A model generated the notes under the pieces. That model was not told the DNA's origin. It searched no databases and was given only the letters and a program-made list of their open reading frames with translations. A DNA stretch of 63,642 nt, counting the filler, from Nemertoderma westbladi (taxonomy: Eukaryota > Animalia > Xenacoelomorpha), in the NCBI GenBank assembly GCA_032718475.1. It is 3 parts of 3 records of this genome, joined end to end, with 100 filler letters (N's around TTAATTAATTAA, not from the genome) between each part and the next. Parts side by side here need not be neighbours in the genome. Positions count along the whole stretch, not along the records: positions 1 to 25,394 come from JAUCBJ010005939.1; positions 25,495 to 55,308 come from JAUCBJ010007924.1; 1 more part is not named here. One strand, given 5' to 3'. Shown here in pieces: positions 22,153 to 33,800 of this stretch; the stretch's first letter is position 1; every line of letters starts with the position of its first letter. Both the position numbers and the translations under genes were made by a program.

Positions 22153-23665
22153 TGCATTATGCATGCATTGTACTAACATTGCTCTGCATTATACATGCAT
22201 ACTAACATTGCCTTGCATTATACGCATTGTACTAATATTGCCCTGCATTATACATGCATACTAACATTGCCTTGCATTATACGCATTGTACTAACATTGC
22301 CTTGCATTATACGCATTGTACTAACATTGCCCTGCATTATATATGCATACTAACATTGCCTTGCATTATACGCATTGTACTAACATTGCCCTGCATTATA
22401 CATGCATACTAACATTGCCTTGCATTTGCATTATACACATTGTACTAACATTGCCTTGCATTATACGCATTGCACTAAAATTGCCCTGCATTATATATGC
22501 ATACTAACATTGCCTTGCATTATACGCATTGTACTAACATTGCCCTGCATTATATATGCATACTAACATTGCCTTGCATTATACATGCATACTAACATTG
22601 CCTTGCATTATACGCATTGTACTAACATTGCCCTGCATTATATATGCATACTAACATTGCCTTGCATTATACGCATTGTACTAACATTGCCCTGCATTAT
22701 ATATGCATACTAACATTGCCTTGCATTATACGCATTGTACTAACATTGCCCTGCATTATATATGCATACTAACATTGCCTTGCATTATACGCATTGTACT
22801 AACATTGCCCTGCATTATATATGCATACTAACATTGCCTTGCATTATACATGCATACTAACATTGCCTTGCATTATACGCATTGTACTAACATTGCCCTG
22901 CATTATATATGCATACTAACATTGCCTTGCATTATACGTATTGTACTAACATTGCCCTGCATTATACATGCATACTAACATTGCCTTGCATTATACGCAT
23001 TGTACTAACATTGCCTTGCATTATACATGCATACTAACATTGCCTTGCATTATACGCATTGTACTAACATTGCCCTGCATTATATATGCATACTAACATT
23101 GCCTTGCATTATACGCATTGTACTAACATTGCCCTGCATTATATATGCATACTAACATTGCCTTGCATTATACGCATTGTACTAACATTGCCCTGCATTA
23201 TATATGCATACTAACATTGCCTTGCATTATACATGCATACTAACATTGCCTTGCATTATACGCATTGTACTAACATTGCCCTGCATTATATATGCATACT
23301 AACATTGCCTTGCATTATACGTATTGTACTAACATTGCCCTGCATTATACATGCATACTAACATTGCCTTGCATTATACGCATTGTACTAACATTGCCCT
23401 GCATTATATATGCATACTAACATTGCCTTGCATTATACGCATTGTACTAACATTGCCCTGCATTATACATGCATACTAACATTGCCTTGCATTTGCATTA
23501 TACACATTGTACTAACATTGCCTTGCATTATACGCATTGCACTAAAATTGCCCTGCATTATACATGCATACTAACATTGCCTTGCATTATACATACATAC
23601 TAACATTGCCCTGCATTATACATATATGCATTGTACTGACTGATATTGCTCTGCATTATACATCT
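22153..23665. repeat. Minisatellite of alternating 29/30-bp units (ACTAACATTGCCCTGCATTATATATGCAT / ACTAACATTGCCTTGCATTATACGCATTGT)
   Basis: Visible 59-bp dimer periodicity. Confidence 0.96.
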
Positions 23666-23818
23666 GCATCATAAATGCATTGCACTTGCATAATTGTACA
23701 TATATGGCATGTGCACTATCTAATTTTAGTCTGCCACCTAATGTATTTCCCCTCTTTCTCTTATATTTAATATGGAATACTAGCGATCACACCTCCCTCC
23801 CCCTTCTCACGATATATA

Positions 23819-23949
23819 CCTCGCTCTGGACTACTGTACCGGTCGGTACTACTGTAGGGAGATGTAACAGCGGGTGACACTGCCCTCGCTCTGGACTACT
23901 GTACCGGTCGGTACTACTGTAGGGAGATGTAACAGCGGGTGACACTGCC
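23819..23949. repeat. Perfect 65-bp tandem duplication
   Basis: CCTCGCTCTGGACTACTGTACCGGTCGG...GGGTGACACTGC at 23819 and 23884. Confidence 0.9.
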
Positions 23950-24571
23950 TTCTTATCCCATGTAAATCACTCTCAGGCAATGCGAGATTGCGTCTCTAGC
24001 CGAATGAATCAATCGCCTTTCCTACTACACCCCGCCCAAGTACGTATTATTCTGTTGCATATCCCAACAACCTGCCTCCCTAGGCCGACATGCTAACTCC
24101 GCATAATTTAAAGCCAGTCCGATAGAATAGCCGCTAGCAATATATCAATCATTGATAAAACCTATGAATTGTTAATAAAGTGCATAGCTTTACTGCTGTC
24201 ATATCATACATGAAGTATTTATTTTGACAATATTATATTTAAATTTATATTATAAGTGTGTAGGAAGGAGTCTACTATGTGCTAAGTAAATAATTCTCAT
24301 TATGTTAACATTCTGCTAATATTTAAAACCATTATTAGGATTACAATAAAAATTGAAAATTAATGTAATTTTCCAGTATAAATATTGCATTGTGAATTTT
24401 TCCGTTGAAATGTGAAGTAATTTTAAACTCAAACATTATAATTATATTAATAATAATGTACCCACCCTCCTGTGGTAAATTGTAACTGTATATATAATTA
24501 TGTATAGTTATATAAGATAACAAATATATAAATTCATTTATTATTGCCGGAGTGGGGCTGAAAAAGTAGAG

Positions 24572-24755
24572 ACAGGGGGGAAACTGGACGCAAATCCCGC
24601 CTTGGCGAATTAATATCCCGCCTCAATGTAAATTCTCAATTTAGGAAGGAGCACGTTACAGTGCCACGTTATTTTAACCAAAACAATAAACTAAACAATA
24701 TAACAGGTTACAGTTTTATTTTTGAGAGTAATCAGCTGTTATTTGCGTCCAATTT
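24572..24755 (-). mobile_element. MITE family A, copy 2 (reverse orientation, truncated)
   Basis: Reverse-complement match to about 15660-15842. Confidence 0.8.
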
Positions 24756-25033
24756 CTAATGGCATTGTAGAGGGTGTCGCAGCGGTAAGCGCAGTAACTG
24801 CATACACACTGTGGTGTGTGTAGGGAAAGGCTGGCGGTTGAAGCATAATTTATAATGTAACCCATGGGCCGTTGTACTCATTATCCTATTAGAGGGGCTG
24901 AGCACAGTGACTGCATTGGTATTGGCGGTTTGGAGGTCCGGATGATGTAAATTGCGGACATCAGGTAGTATATCCAGGTCTTTTACTTGAGTCGATAGCG
25001 GCTAGTTTACAGCATCAGGTGTGACGGGATCTT

Positions 25034-25254
25034 GGTTGGCGTGGAATCCCGACCGGGTTGGCGGGAATCCCGACCGGGTTGGCGGGAATCCCGACCGGGT
25101 TGGCGTGGAATCCCGACCGGGTTGGCGGGAATCCCGACCGGGTTGGCGTGGAATCCCGACCGGGTTGGCGTGGAATCCCGACCGGGTTGGCGTGGAATCC
25201 CGACCGGGTTGGCGTGGAATCCCGACCGGGTTGGCGTGGAATCCCGACCAGGTT
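25034..25254. repeat. Minisatellite, 21/22-bp unit (GGTTGGCGTGGAATCCCGACCG), about 10 copies
   Basis: Visible units. Confidence 0.95.
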
Positions 25255-25394
25255 GACCATCACTTAATTAATTGCCAACTGAGTAAGAATGCACGTGAAC
25301 GTTAATATATATGTAAAAGGGAGAAAATACATTGCCCTTAGGCTAACACGTTTTATTGGCCTTCAATCGGCAATTCATACACTCCCAACCTGCC

Positions 25395-25494
25395 NNNNNN
25401 NNNNNNNNNNNNNNNNNNNNNNNNNNNNNNNNNNNNNNTTAATTAATTAANNNNNNNNNNNNNNNNNNNNNNNNNNNNNNNNNNNNNNNNNNNN
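25395..25494. other. Artificial assembly linker N44-TTAATTAATTAA-N44
   Basis: Exactly 100 bp with a six-frame-stop 12-mer; identical to 55309-55408. Confidence 0.97.
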
Positions 25495-27411
25495 CACCCA
25501 TTCGACCGCCGAAGCGGGAGTCGCCAACGTTGTAGCGGGCGGACGAGGGACAACGGGCGACAAATCCGGAATATTTCGCTCGGGGTCCAGGACCTGAACT
25601 GTCGCCTGGGCAGTTCTACTGGGCACAGGTAGCTTAGTGCTATGTAGAGGGAATTTAGAAGTAGCTTCAGGGAGCACAGGTGTGTCTATCACCGAAGGGG
25701 TGATTTCAAGAACAGGCCTAATTATTTCAGGCTCATCTACTATAGTAGGGAGTCTTTCTATTGTAATTATTTGGTCTGTGGGCTCTGTACTACCTAAGTT
25801 GGTGTTATTTAGTTGCCTTCTAACAGCTGGAGGCAAATCAGGCAATTTCTGACGGTGGAATGTTCTTTTACGTCTGCTTAGGCGAGGTCGATTTCCTCCG
25901 CCTTCAGTGTCGGTGGTATCGCCTTCCTCAGATGATGTATACCCCTGTCTCTTGGGAGTAGATCGACTCATCATCTGCATATTGCTCGCTGTTAACTGTT
26001 TATTGAAGTTGTCTTGCTTCTCTTGAAGAATTTCCAACTCTAGTTGGGTTGCCTCTTCAGATGCCCTCCGTTCTGCTTCTACCACTGCCTCTGCTGTTGC
26101 CAGTGCCGCCTTTCTTTCTGCTTCGGCCGCTGCCTTTGCTGCTGCTACTGCCGCTTTTGCCTCTGCCGCTGCCACTGCCGCTGCCGCTTTTGTTTCTGCT
26201 TCTGCAGCTGCCACTGCTGCTGCTACTGCCGCTGCCTTTCTGTCTTCTATACGTTTTTTCTTTACTTGTTCTTCCTGGACCTTAACGACGCGGAGTTGTT
26301 CATCGAATTTAGCTTGATTAGCCGCTAACCTATCCACGTCGATGGCGTCAAGCACACGCTGTGCTCCTTCACTATTAGGGCTAAGTCCCTCTAGTCTTCT
26401 CCGCAACTCTTCATCACCTACAAAACGTTGATAGTCTGACAGATAGATGTCAATGGCATCCTTCTTATGCGGTTTCGCTGCCGTCGCTTCACTTTCCACT
26501 TGGGAAAAAGTAGCGTCTGTTGATTCTCCATGGGTTGAGCGCTCCTCCAACTGAGCTTTCCACTGAGCTGCTCCTTGAACCTGGCGACTCACCCGTTGAA
26601 ACCAAGTCTTTACGGCAACTTGCAACGACGTGTCTTGTTTTCTTTTAGAAGCCTCCTCAAAGGCGGATAAGATTAGCCTAATCCGCAGAACTCTTTCTCT
26701 AACTTGATAAAGCAGCTGTCCCTGCTCTTGAGGTCCTTGAGGTTGTTTAAACAGTTGTTTTTCTACTCGCTCCATAGAGCTGAAGAATCCCTGTGCGTAT
26801 CCGGCTGCGGACCTCTTCCACACAGCTGGATCGATGGTTTCCTTGGCTACTCCCATCCGGTGTATGTCTTCCCAGGCAGCTTCTGATAAATCAAACGGGA
26901 GTCCGGGTCCGGGGAAGTTCCATTGCGACTCGACAATAGACTTCAATTCTTCCCTCGTGTATCCCGCATAACTATCTCTAGTTGACCGTTGACTTCTCGC
27001 CCAATCGATCTGGTGTTCTTCCACCGCGATCAATAACCCAGCGAGCACGGCTGCAGGAAGGATGAGAAGGGGATCCGTATAAACCGCATCCGTCATCTCT
27101 GCTCCGCGCTCGGGTGTCAGCTCTACAGTATCCTCACTACTGGAGCTGCTGGGCCGCTGAGGAATAAGTTATTGACTAGCGGGTTGTTGCTGTTCCGCTG
27201 CCTTTTGGTCCCGCTTGACCTGAGCTCGAGTGCCTATGATAGACCTACGATGTTGGACCAGCCTAGGTTCTGTTATTACTACTGGAGGGATGACCTTCCT
27301 CACAGTGGGAGGTGAACTGGATTTACGACCAGACGGTTGTACGTCTCTGTCTGAGTCGCAGATAGTTACATCTAATAAACTGTCTGACAGGTTCTGCTTA
27401 GTATCAGACAT
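25495..27411 (-). CDS. Gag/ORF1-like protein of an LTR-like element, unknown family; one in-frame TAA at 27171-27169; truncated by the gap
   Basis: ORFs 27411-27169 and 27096-25495 are in the same frame, separated by one TAA plus 24 sense codons; Ala/Glu/Lys coiled coil then Pro/Thr-rich region; lies downstream of the LTR-like repeat. Confidence 0.55.
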
Positions 27412-28717
27412 GACTATGTATACCGTTGAATGTCTACTGCTGTATTACAGTCTGAGTAAGTCTAATAACTCAGTATTAACTGCTAGCCTAGTAATTAATT
27501 ACCGGTACTGCTACTCAGTGTAGCGTGATATATAATATATTAGAATACCGGTATGCTTATAGTATATATAACTATTATTACAGACTAGGTTTATCACAGA
27601 ATACCGGTATAATTTTAGCACAAATATATATAAATATATAATAGGCCTATCGGAATACCGGTATACGGCTTACTGTTTGTAGTATATATAATTCTAGAAT
27701 AGAATTAATTACAAGTACCGGTATAATTTCAGCCTAGATTTATAGAAATAAGATAATAGGCCTATCGTAAATACCGGTATATCAATTATTTTAGAATAAT
27801 TGAATTTCTGAACTTTAGAGTTACTTGGTTACTTTAACTTACTTTATTACCGTTATTTAAGCAGTAATCCAACTGATATTGAGACCTAATGGTTTTATGG
27901 TAGGCCTACTATTTATAAATCGTTAGATTTGATTTATAATGTATTTATACCCGTTTTAATGGGTTTAGTCAATGTTTGAAATAAATGTTATTATTTCTGG
28001 GGTAATCACTACACAAAGCGGTGCGCTTTTAGTGAAGTGTTACGTATAGGACACTAAAACAAATAATTCTAATTTACCTAAGTTACTTAATACTACAAAT
28101 TACGTACAATTCGGGTGAGATTACAATCTCTAAATAAACACAAAAATTTACAAAAAACACAAAACACGAATTTTTAGGGTAATTTTACAAGAAGTCTACA
28201 AACCAGCCTAACAAAGGGTTAGATAACCGGTTATTACAACGGACAGGGTACTACGGTATTTGAAATAATAAGTAGTAGTAAATACACTGCGTTGTCTAGA
28301 TAGGAAAATACCACCGCCTGACGACCTATAGCCGTATCGCTATAGGTTCTACGTTATGTATCACGGAGTGTTCCTACCTAGAAGTTAATAGAGCTAATCG
28401 AATGTGCCTATCAACCACTTTACAACACAGATATAATGTCTACAATAATTACTTCGGAAAGTACTGTACACTAAACCCTAAATTAGGTACGAGTACTTGT
28501 ACAACAGATAATCAGTAGTTAAATATACTTGAACAGCTAAAAGAACCACGGCATCTGCTGGAGTGACCGATGCACAAAATCACCAGTCTTTACCTACGCC
28601 GAGCAGCCCGTGTAGTACCGGGGTTAATTTAACTATAGCGGTATGTATAACAAACACAATTACTGTAGGAACAAACTTGGGGAATGAATGTTGCGGATAA
28701 TCGCATAAACTCTGAAT

Positions 28718-29292
28718 AATAAATATTACGCTACGCGTACAAACTACTCAAACAAAATACAGACTGAACACTGACAGACTACTATCAAGCCTAAACAAAC
28801 TACGGTATATGCAGACTCCGAAATGATTAGGGAGTATGCGCTCTAACCCAGTAGTGCGACTTATTCTTTAGTTGGGGGTTTACCTTACAGCGTTCGCTGC
28901 CCCTACTTCCTAACCGTACTTAATCAGACAAATGATCTACACACACTGCAATCCGTTCAGACCTAACAACAGCCGGACAACTATCCAGCCTACAAATTAT
29001 CTAAATAAAATTATACGCTACCCGTACAGACTTACACAAACAAAGTGCAGACTAAACGATGGCAGACTACTCTCAAGCCTAAATAAACTACAGGACATGC
29101 AGACTCCGAAATGATTAGGGAGTATGCGCTCTAACCCAGTAGTGCGACTTATTCTTTAGTTGGGGGTTTACCTTACAGCGTTCGCTGCCCCTACTTCCTA
29201 ACCGTACTTAATCGGACAGGTGATCTACACACACTGCAATCCGTTCAGACTTAACAGCAATCAGACAACAGCTCAGCCTACAAATTGTCTGT
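28718..29292. repeat. Tandem duplication of about 288 bp in the element leader
   Basis: Core GCAGACTCCGAAATG...CCGTACTTAATC at about 28811 and 29099 is identical; flanks are diverged. Confidence 0.92.
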
Positions 29293-29619
29293 ACAATCTG
29301 ATCAGGCTTACACGCCTTCTGTTCAATACTGGCCTACAAACAAATAAAACTTGACAGAAATAAGTAAAAATCTCAATAAAAAACCAGGGCGGGCCCTCCC
29401 TGATTAATTATTAAGGCCTACCGGTATATAATTATCAAAATCGAATAATACTGCTGTACCTGTACTGCTGTAGGTACCGGTCCGGATGATCAGGCAGTCA
29501 GGCCTACTGGTTACCGGTCGACCGGTACTTTCGACTTTATTGCTTACTGCAATAAAGAAGCGATATCCTTTAATGTTCGCGCTTTCAGACTTTTGGCAGT
29601 TTAACCCACCAAATTAAGA

Positions 29620-30806
29620 TGTCTTCTAGATATTAAATCAGTTTTTAGTCTATGACAAGTATTTGATTCACTACACTAGTCGAAACCAATCCGTGCGCGA
29701 CCATTCACCCGCTGGAGATTCCCGGGAGATTGGGTTCGACGGTTTAATTTTATTGCTATGTAAGCCTAATGTATTATTCGACTGACAGTATTATATAATC
29801 TCTGACAATATTATTCACCTTCGGGAATATTAACAGTTCCTTTAGGACGTGGCGCTTTATCTATATAAACAGAGTTATGACTTAAACTACTCACAACGAT
29901 ATGGCTTAATTATAATTCACATATATGGCGCATTCTTTAGGAATTGCTTCTTTAACAGACTCACTCATACACAATGCTGCACAATACTGCACACTAATCT
30001 GCCAATCTTCACTGATTTTAGTCACATATAAAAGGAACACAGACTGACTCATGTAGGGTCTATCAAATAACATTAGATTCACTTCAAACCACTTTAACAT
30101 AAGTCACAATCGTTATTGGTAACCTTTCTCTCTTACCTTCGGTATATCAAGAATATTGGGTTTTCGGGGTTATTTCTCGTTATTCCAATATAATAATTCA
30201 TCAACCAATATAATGAATAACCGACAACAAATAGCAGTACACAGTATCGATTGAGCAGGTAATTTTAGCAGTTTCAGCAGTTATTAAAAACCGTGTGTCA
30301 GCAGTCAGTGTATTCCCAGATCAGTGATTCCATGAGTTTGATCGGTATGTCAGTTAAAGGATATATGCCCTTATAATTAAACCTACTAGTGTAAGACTAA
30401 AAACTGAAAACACGGAGGTGCCAAAAGCCGGTTCTTAGGCTCTGGGCAAAAAACATAACACTGAACTACTGAGTTTCTGTATATACCTCCAACACAGAGA
30501 CAACAAACGCTCTGATTGGTCAACCTGAACAACGAGAGAACAAAGAAACAAAGAAACGTCGACGTGGCAATATCAGCTGCTAGCCGTCGTCATGGTAGCG
30601 ACACTGTTTCAAAGTATCCAGCTATTGCGTCACGAGATTGTGGATTATGTCCTCTAAAGTACAAATACAGTACAAATACATAAGAAATGACTTTTATGTC
30701 CTCTAAAACACCAGTACAGCAAGGACACGGCCTTTTTATGCCTGGCAAACCAACTACAGAGTACTTTAAGGGAAAATAACCGGCTAATTACGCAAAAGCT
30801 TTTACA
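29620..30806 (-). mobile_element. LTR-like terminal repeat, about 1.05-1.2 kb (left boundary uncertain, 29620-29760)
   Basis: Minus strand begins TGTAAAAGC; CCAAT (about 30515), TATATA (about 29873) and AATAAA (about 29750) occur in LTR order; highly similar second copy at 55409-56421. Confidence 0.75.
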
Positions 30807-33800
30807 CCGGGGACTACTGTTGGGGTTGCTGTTTTCAGGGGGTGTACTGCCTGGTTGGCTGTTGTCCGGGGTTCTACTATCTGGGTGGCTGTTGTCCGGG
30901 GGTCTAATGTCTGGGTGGCTGTTGTCCGGGGGTCTAATGTCTGGTTGGCTGTTGTCCGGGGGTCTAATGTCTGGTTGGCTGTTGTCCGGGGGTCTAATGT
31001 CTGGTTGGCTGTTGTCCGGGGGTGTACTGTCTTGTTGGCTGTTGTCCGCAGGTCTAATGTCTGGTTGGCTGTTGTCTGGTGGTCTAATGTCTGGTTGGCT
31101 GTTGTCCGGGGGTCTACTTTCTGGGTGGCTGTTGTCCGGGGGTCAACTGTCTGGGTGGCTGTTGTCCGCAGGTCTAATGTCTGGTTGGCTGTTGTCTGGT
31201 GGTCTAATGTCTGGTTGGCTGTTGTCCGGGGGTCTACTTTCTGGGTGGCTGTTGTCCGGGGGTCAACTGTCTGGTTGGCTGTTGTCCGGGTCTACTATCT
31301 GGGTGGCTGTTGTCTCAGGGGGTCTAATGTCTGGTTGGCTGTTGTCCGGGGGTCTAATGTCTGGTTGGCTGTTGTCGGGGGGTCTAATGTCTCGTTGGCT
31401 GTTGTCCGGGAGTCTACTTTCTGGGTGGCTGTTGTCCGGGGGTCTACTGTCTGGGTGGCTGTTGTCCGGGGGTCTAATGTCTGGTTGGCTGTTGTCGGTT
31501 GGTCTAATGTCTGGTAGGCTGTTGTCCGGGGGTCTACTGTCTGGGTGGCTGTTGTCCGGGGGTCTAATGTCTGGTTGGCTGTTGTACGGGTCTACTATCT
31601 GGGTGGCTGTTGTCTCAGGGGGTCTAATGTCTGGTTGGCTGTTGTCCGGGGGTCTAATGTCTGGTTGGCTGTTGTAGGGGGGTCTAATGTCTCGTTGGCT
31701 GTTGTCCGGGAGTCTACTGTCTGGGTGGCTGTTGTCCGGGGGTCTACAGTCTGGGTGGCTGTTGTCCGGGGGTCTACTGTCTGGGTGGCTGTTGTCCGGG
31801 GGTATAATGTCTGGTTGGCTGTTGTCCGGGGGTCTAATGTCTGGTTAGCTGTTGTCAGGGGGTCTAATGTCTGGTTGGCTGTTGTTCGGGGGTGTAATGT
31901 CTGGTTGGCTGTTGTCTGGCGGTCTACTGTCTGAATGGCTGTTGTCCGGGGTTCTACTGTCTGGGTGGCTGTTGTCCGGGGGTCTACTGTCTGGGTGGCT
32001 GTTGTCCGGGGTCTACTGTCTGGGTGGCTGTTGTCCGGGGGTCTAATGTCTGGGTGGCTGTTATCCGGGGGTTTTTCTGTCTGGTTGGCTGTTGTCCGGG
32101 GGTCTAATGTCTGGTTGGCTGTTGTCCGGGGGTCTACTGTCTGGGTGGCTGTTGTCCGTGGGTCTAATGTCTGGTTGGCTGTTGTTCGGGGGTCTACTGT
32201 GGGGGTGGCTCTTTTCCGCTGGTCTACTGTCTGGGTGGCTGTTGTCCGGGGGTCTAATGTCTGGTTGGCTGTTGTCCGGGGGTCTACTGTCTGGGTGGCT
32301 GTTGTCCGTGGGTCTAATGTCTGGTTGGCTGTTGTTCGGGGGTCTACTGTGGGGGTGGCTCTTTTCCGCAGGTCTACTGTCTGGGTGGCTGTTGTCCGGG
32401 GGTCTAATGTCTGGTTGGCTGCTGTCCGGTTTTCTACTGTCTGGTTGGCTTTTGTCCGGGTGTCTAATGTCTGGTTGGCTGTTTTCCGGGGGTCTACTGT
32501 CTGGGTGTCTGTTGTCCGGGGGTCTAATGTCTGGTTGGCTGTTATCCGGTGGTCTACTGTCTGGGTAGCTGTTGTCCGGTGGTCTAATGTCTGGTTGGCT
32601 GTTGTCCGGGGGTCTAACATCTGGTTGGCTATTGTCCGGGGTCTATTGTCTGATTGGCAGCTGTCCGGGGGTCTAATGTCTGGTTGGCTGTTGTCCGGGG
32701 GTCTACTGTCTGGGTGGCTGTTGTCCGGGGGTCTACTGTCTGGGTGGCTGTTGTCCGAGGGTCTACTGTCTGGGTGGATGTTGTCCGGGGGTCTAATGTC
32801 TGGTTGGCTATTGTCCGGGACTCTACTGTCTGGGTGGCTTTTGTCCAGGGGTCTAATGTCTGGTTGGCTGTTGTCCGGGGGTCTACTGTCTGGGTGGCTG
32901 TTGTCTTGGGGTCTACTGTCTGGGTGGCTGTTGTCCGGGGGTCTAATGTCTGGTTGGCTGTTATCCGGAGATCTAATGTCTGGTTGGCTGTTGTCCGGGG
33001 GTCTAATGTCTGGTTGGCTGTTTTCCGGGGGTCACTGTCTGGTTGGCTGTTGTCCGGGGGTCTACTGTCTGGGTGGCTGTTGTCCGGGGGGGGGGGGGTC
33101 TAATGTCTGGTTGGCTGTGGTCCGGTGGTCTATTGTCTGGGTGGCTGTTGTCCGGGGGTCTAATGTCTGGTTGGCTGTTGTCCGGGGGTCTAATATCTGG
33201 TTGGCTGTTGTCCGGGGTCTAATTTCTGGTTGGCTGTTGTCCGGGGGTCTAATGTCTGGTTGACTGTTGTCCGGGGGTATACTGTCTGGGTGGCTGTTGT
33301 CCGGGGGTCTTCTGTCTGGGTGGCTGTTGTCCGGGGGTCTACTGTCTGGGTGGCTGTTGTCCGGGGGTATAATGTCTGGTTGGCTGTTGTTCGGGGGTCT
33401 AATGTCTGGTTGGCTGTTGTCTGGGGGTCTACTGTCTGGGTGGCTGTTGTCCGGGGGTCTACTGTCTGGGTGGCTGTTGTCCGGGGGTCTACTGTCTGGG
33501 TGGCTGTTGTCCGGGGGTCTACTGTATGGGTGGCTGTTATCCGAGGGTGTACTGTCTGGTTGGCTGTTGTCTTGGGGTCTAATGTCTGGTTGGCTGTTGT
33601 CCAGGTGGCTGTTGTTCATGGGTTAATGTCTGGTTGGCTGTTGTCCGGGGGTCTAGTGTATGGATGGCTGTTGTCCGGGGGTCTACTGTCTGGTTGGCTG
33701 TTGTCCGGGGGTCTACTGTCTGAGTGGCTGTTGTCAGGGGGTCTAATGTCTGGTTGGCTGTTGTCCGGGGGTCTACTGTCTGGGTGGCTTTTGTCCGGGG

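Noticed and set aside
25439-25450. TTAATTAATTAA palindrome and the apparent stop of ORF 27096-25447
   Set aside because: Artificial linker; the ORF is truncated, and adjacency across both gaps is unproven.
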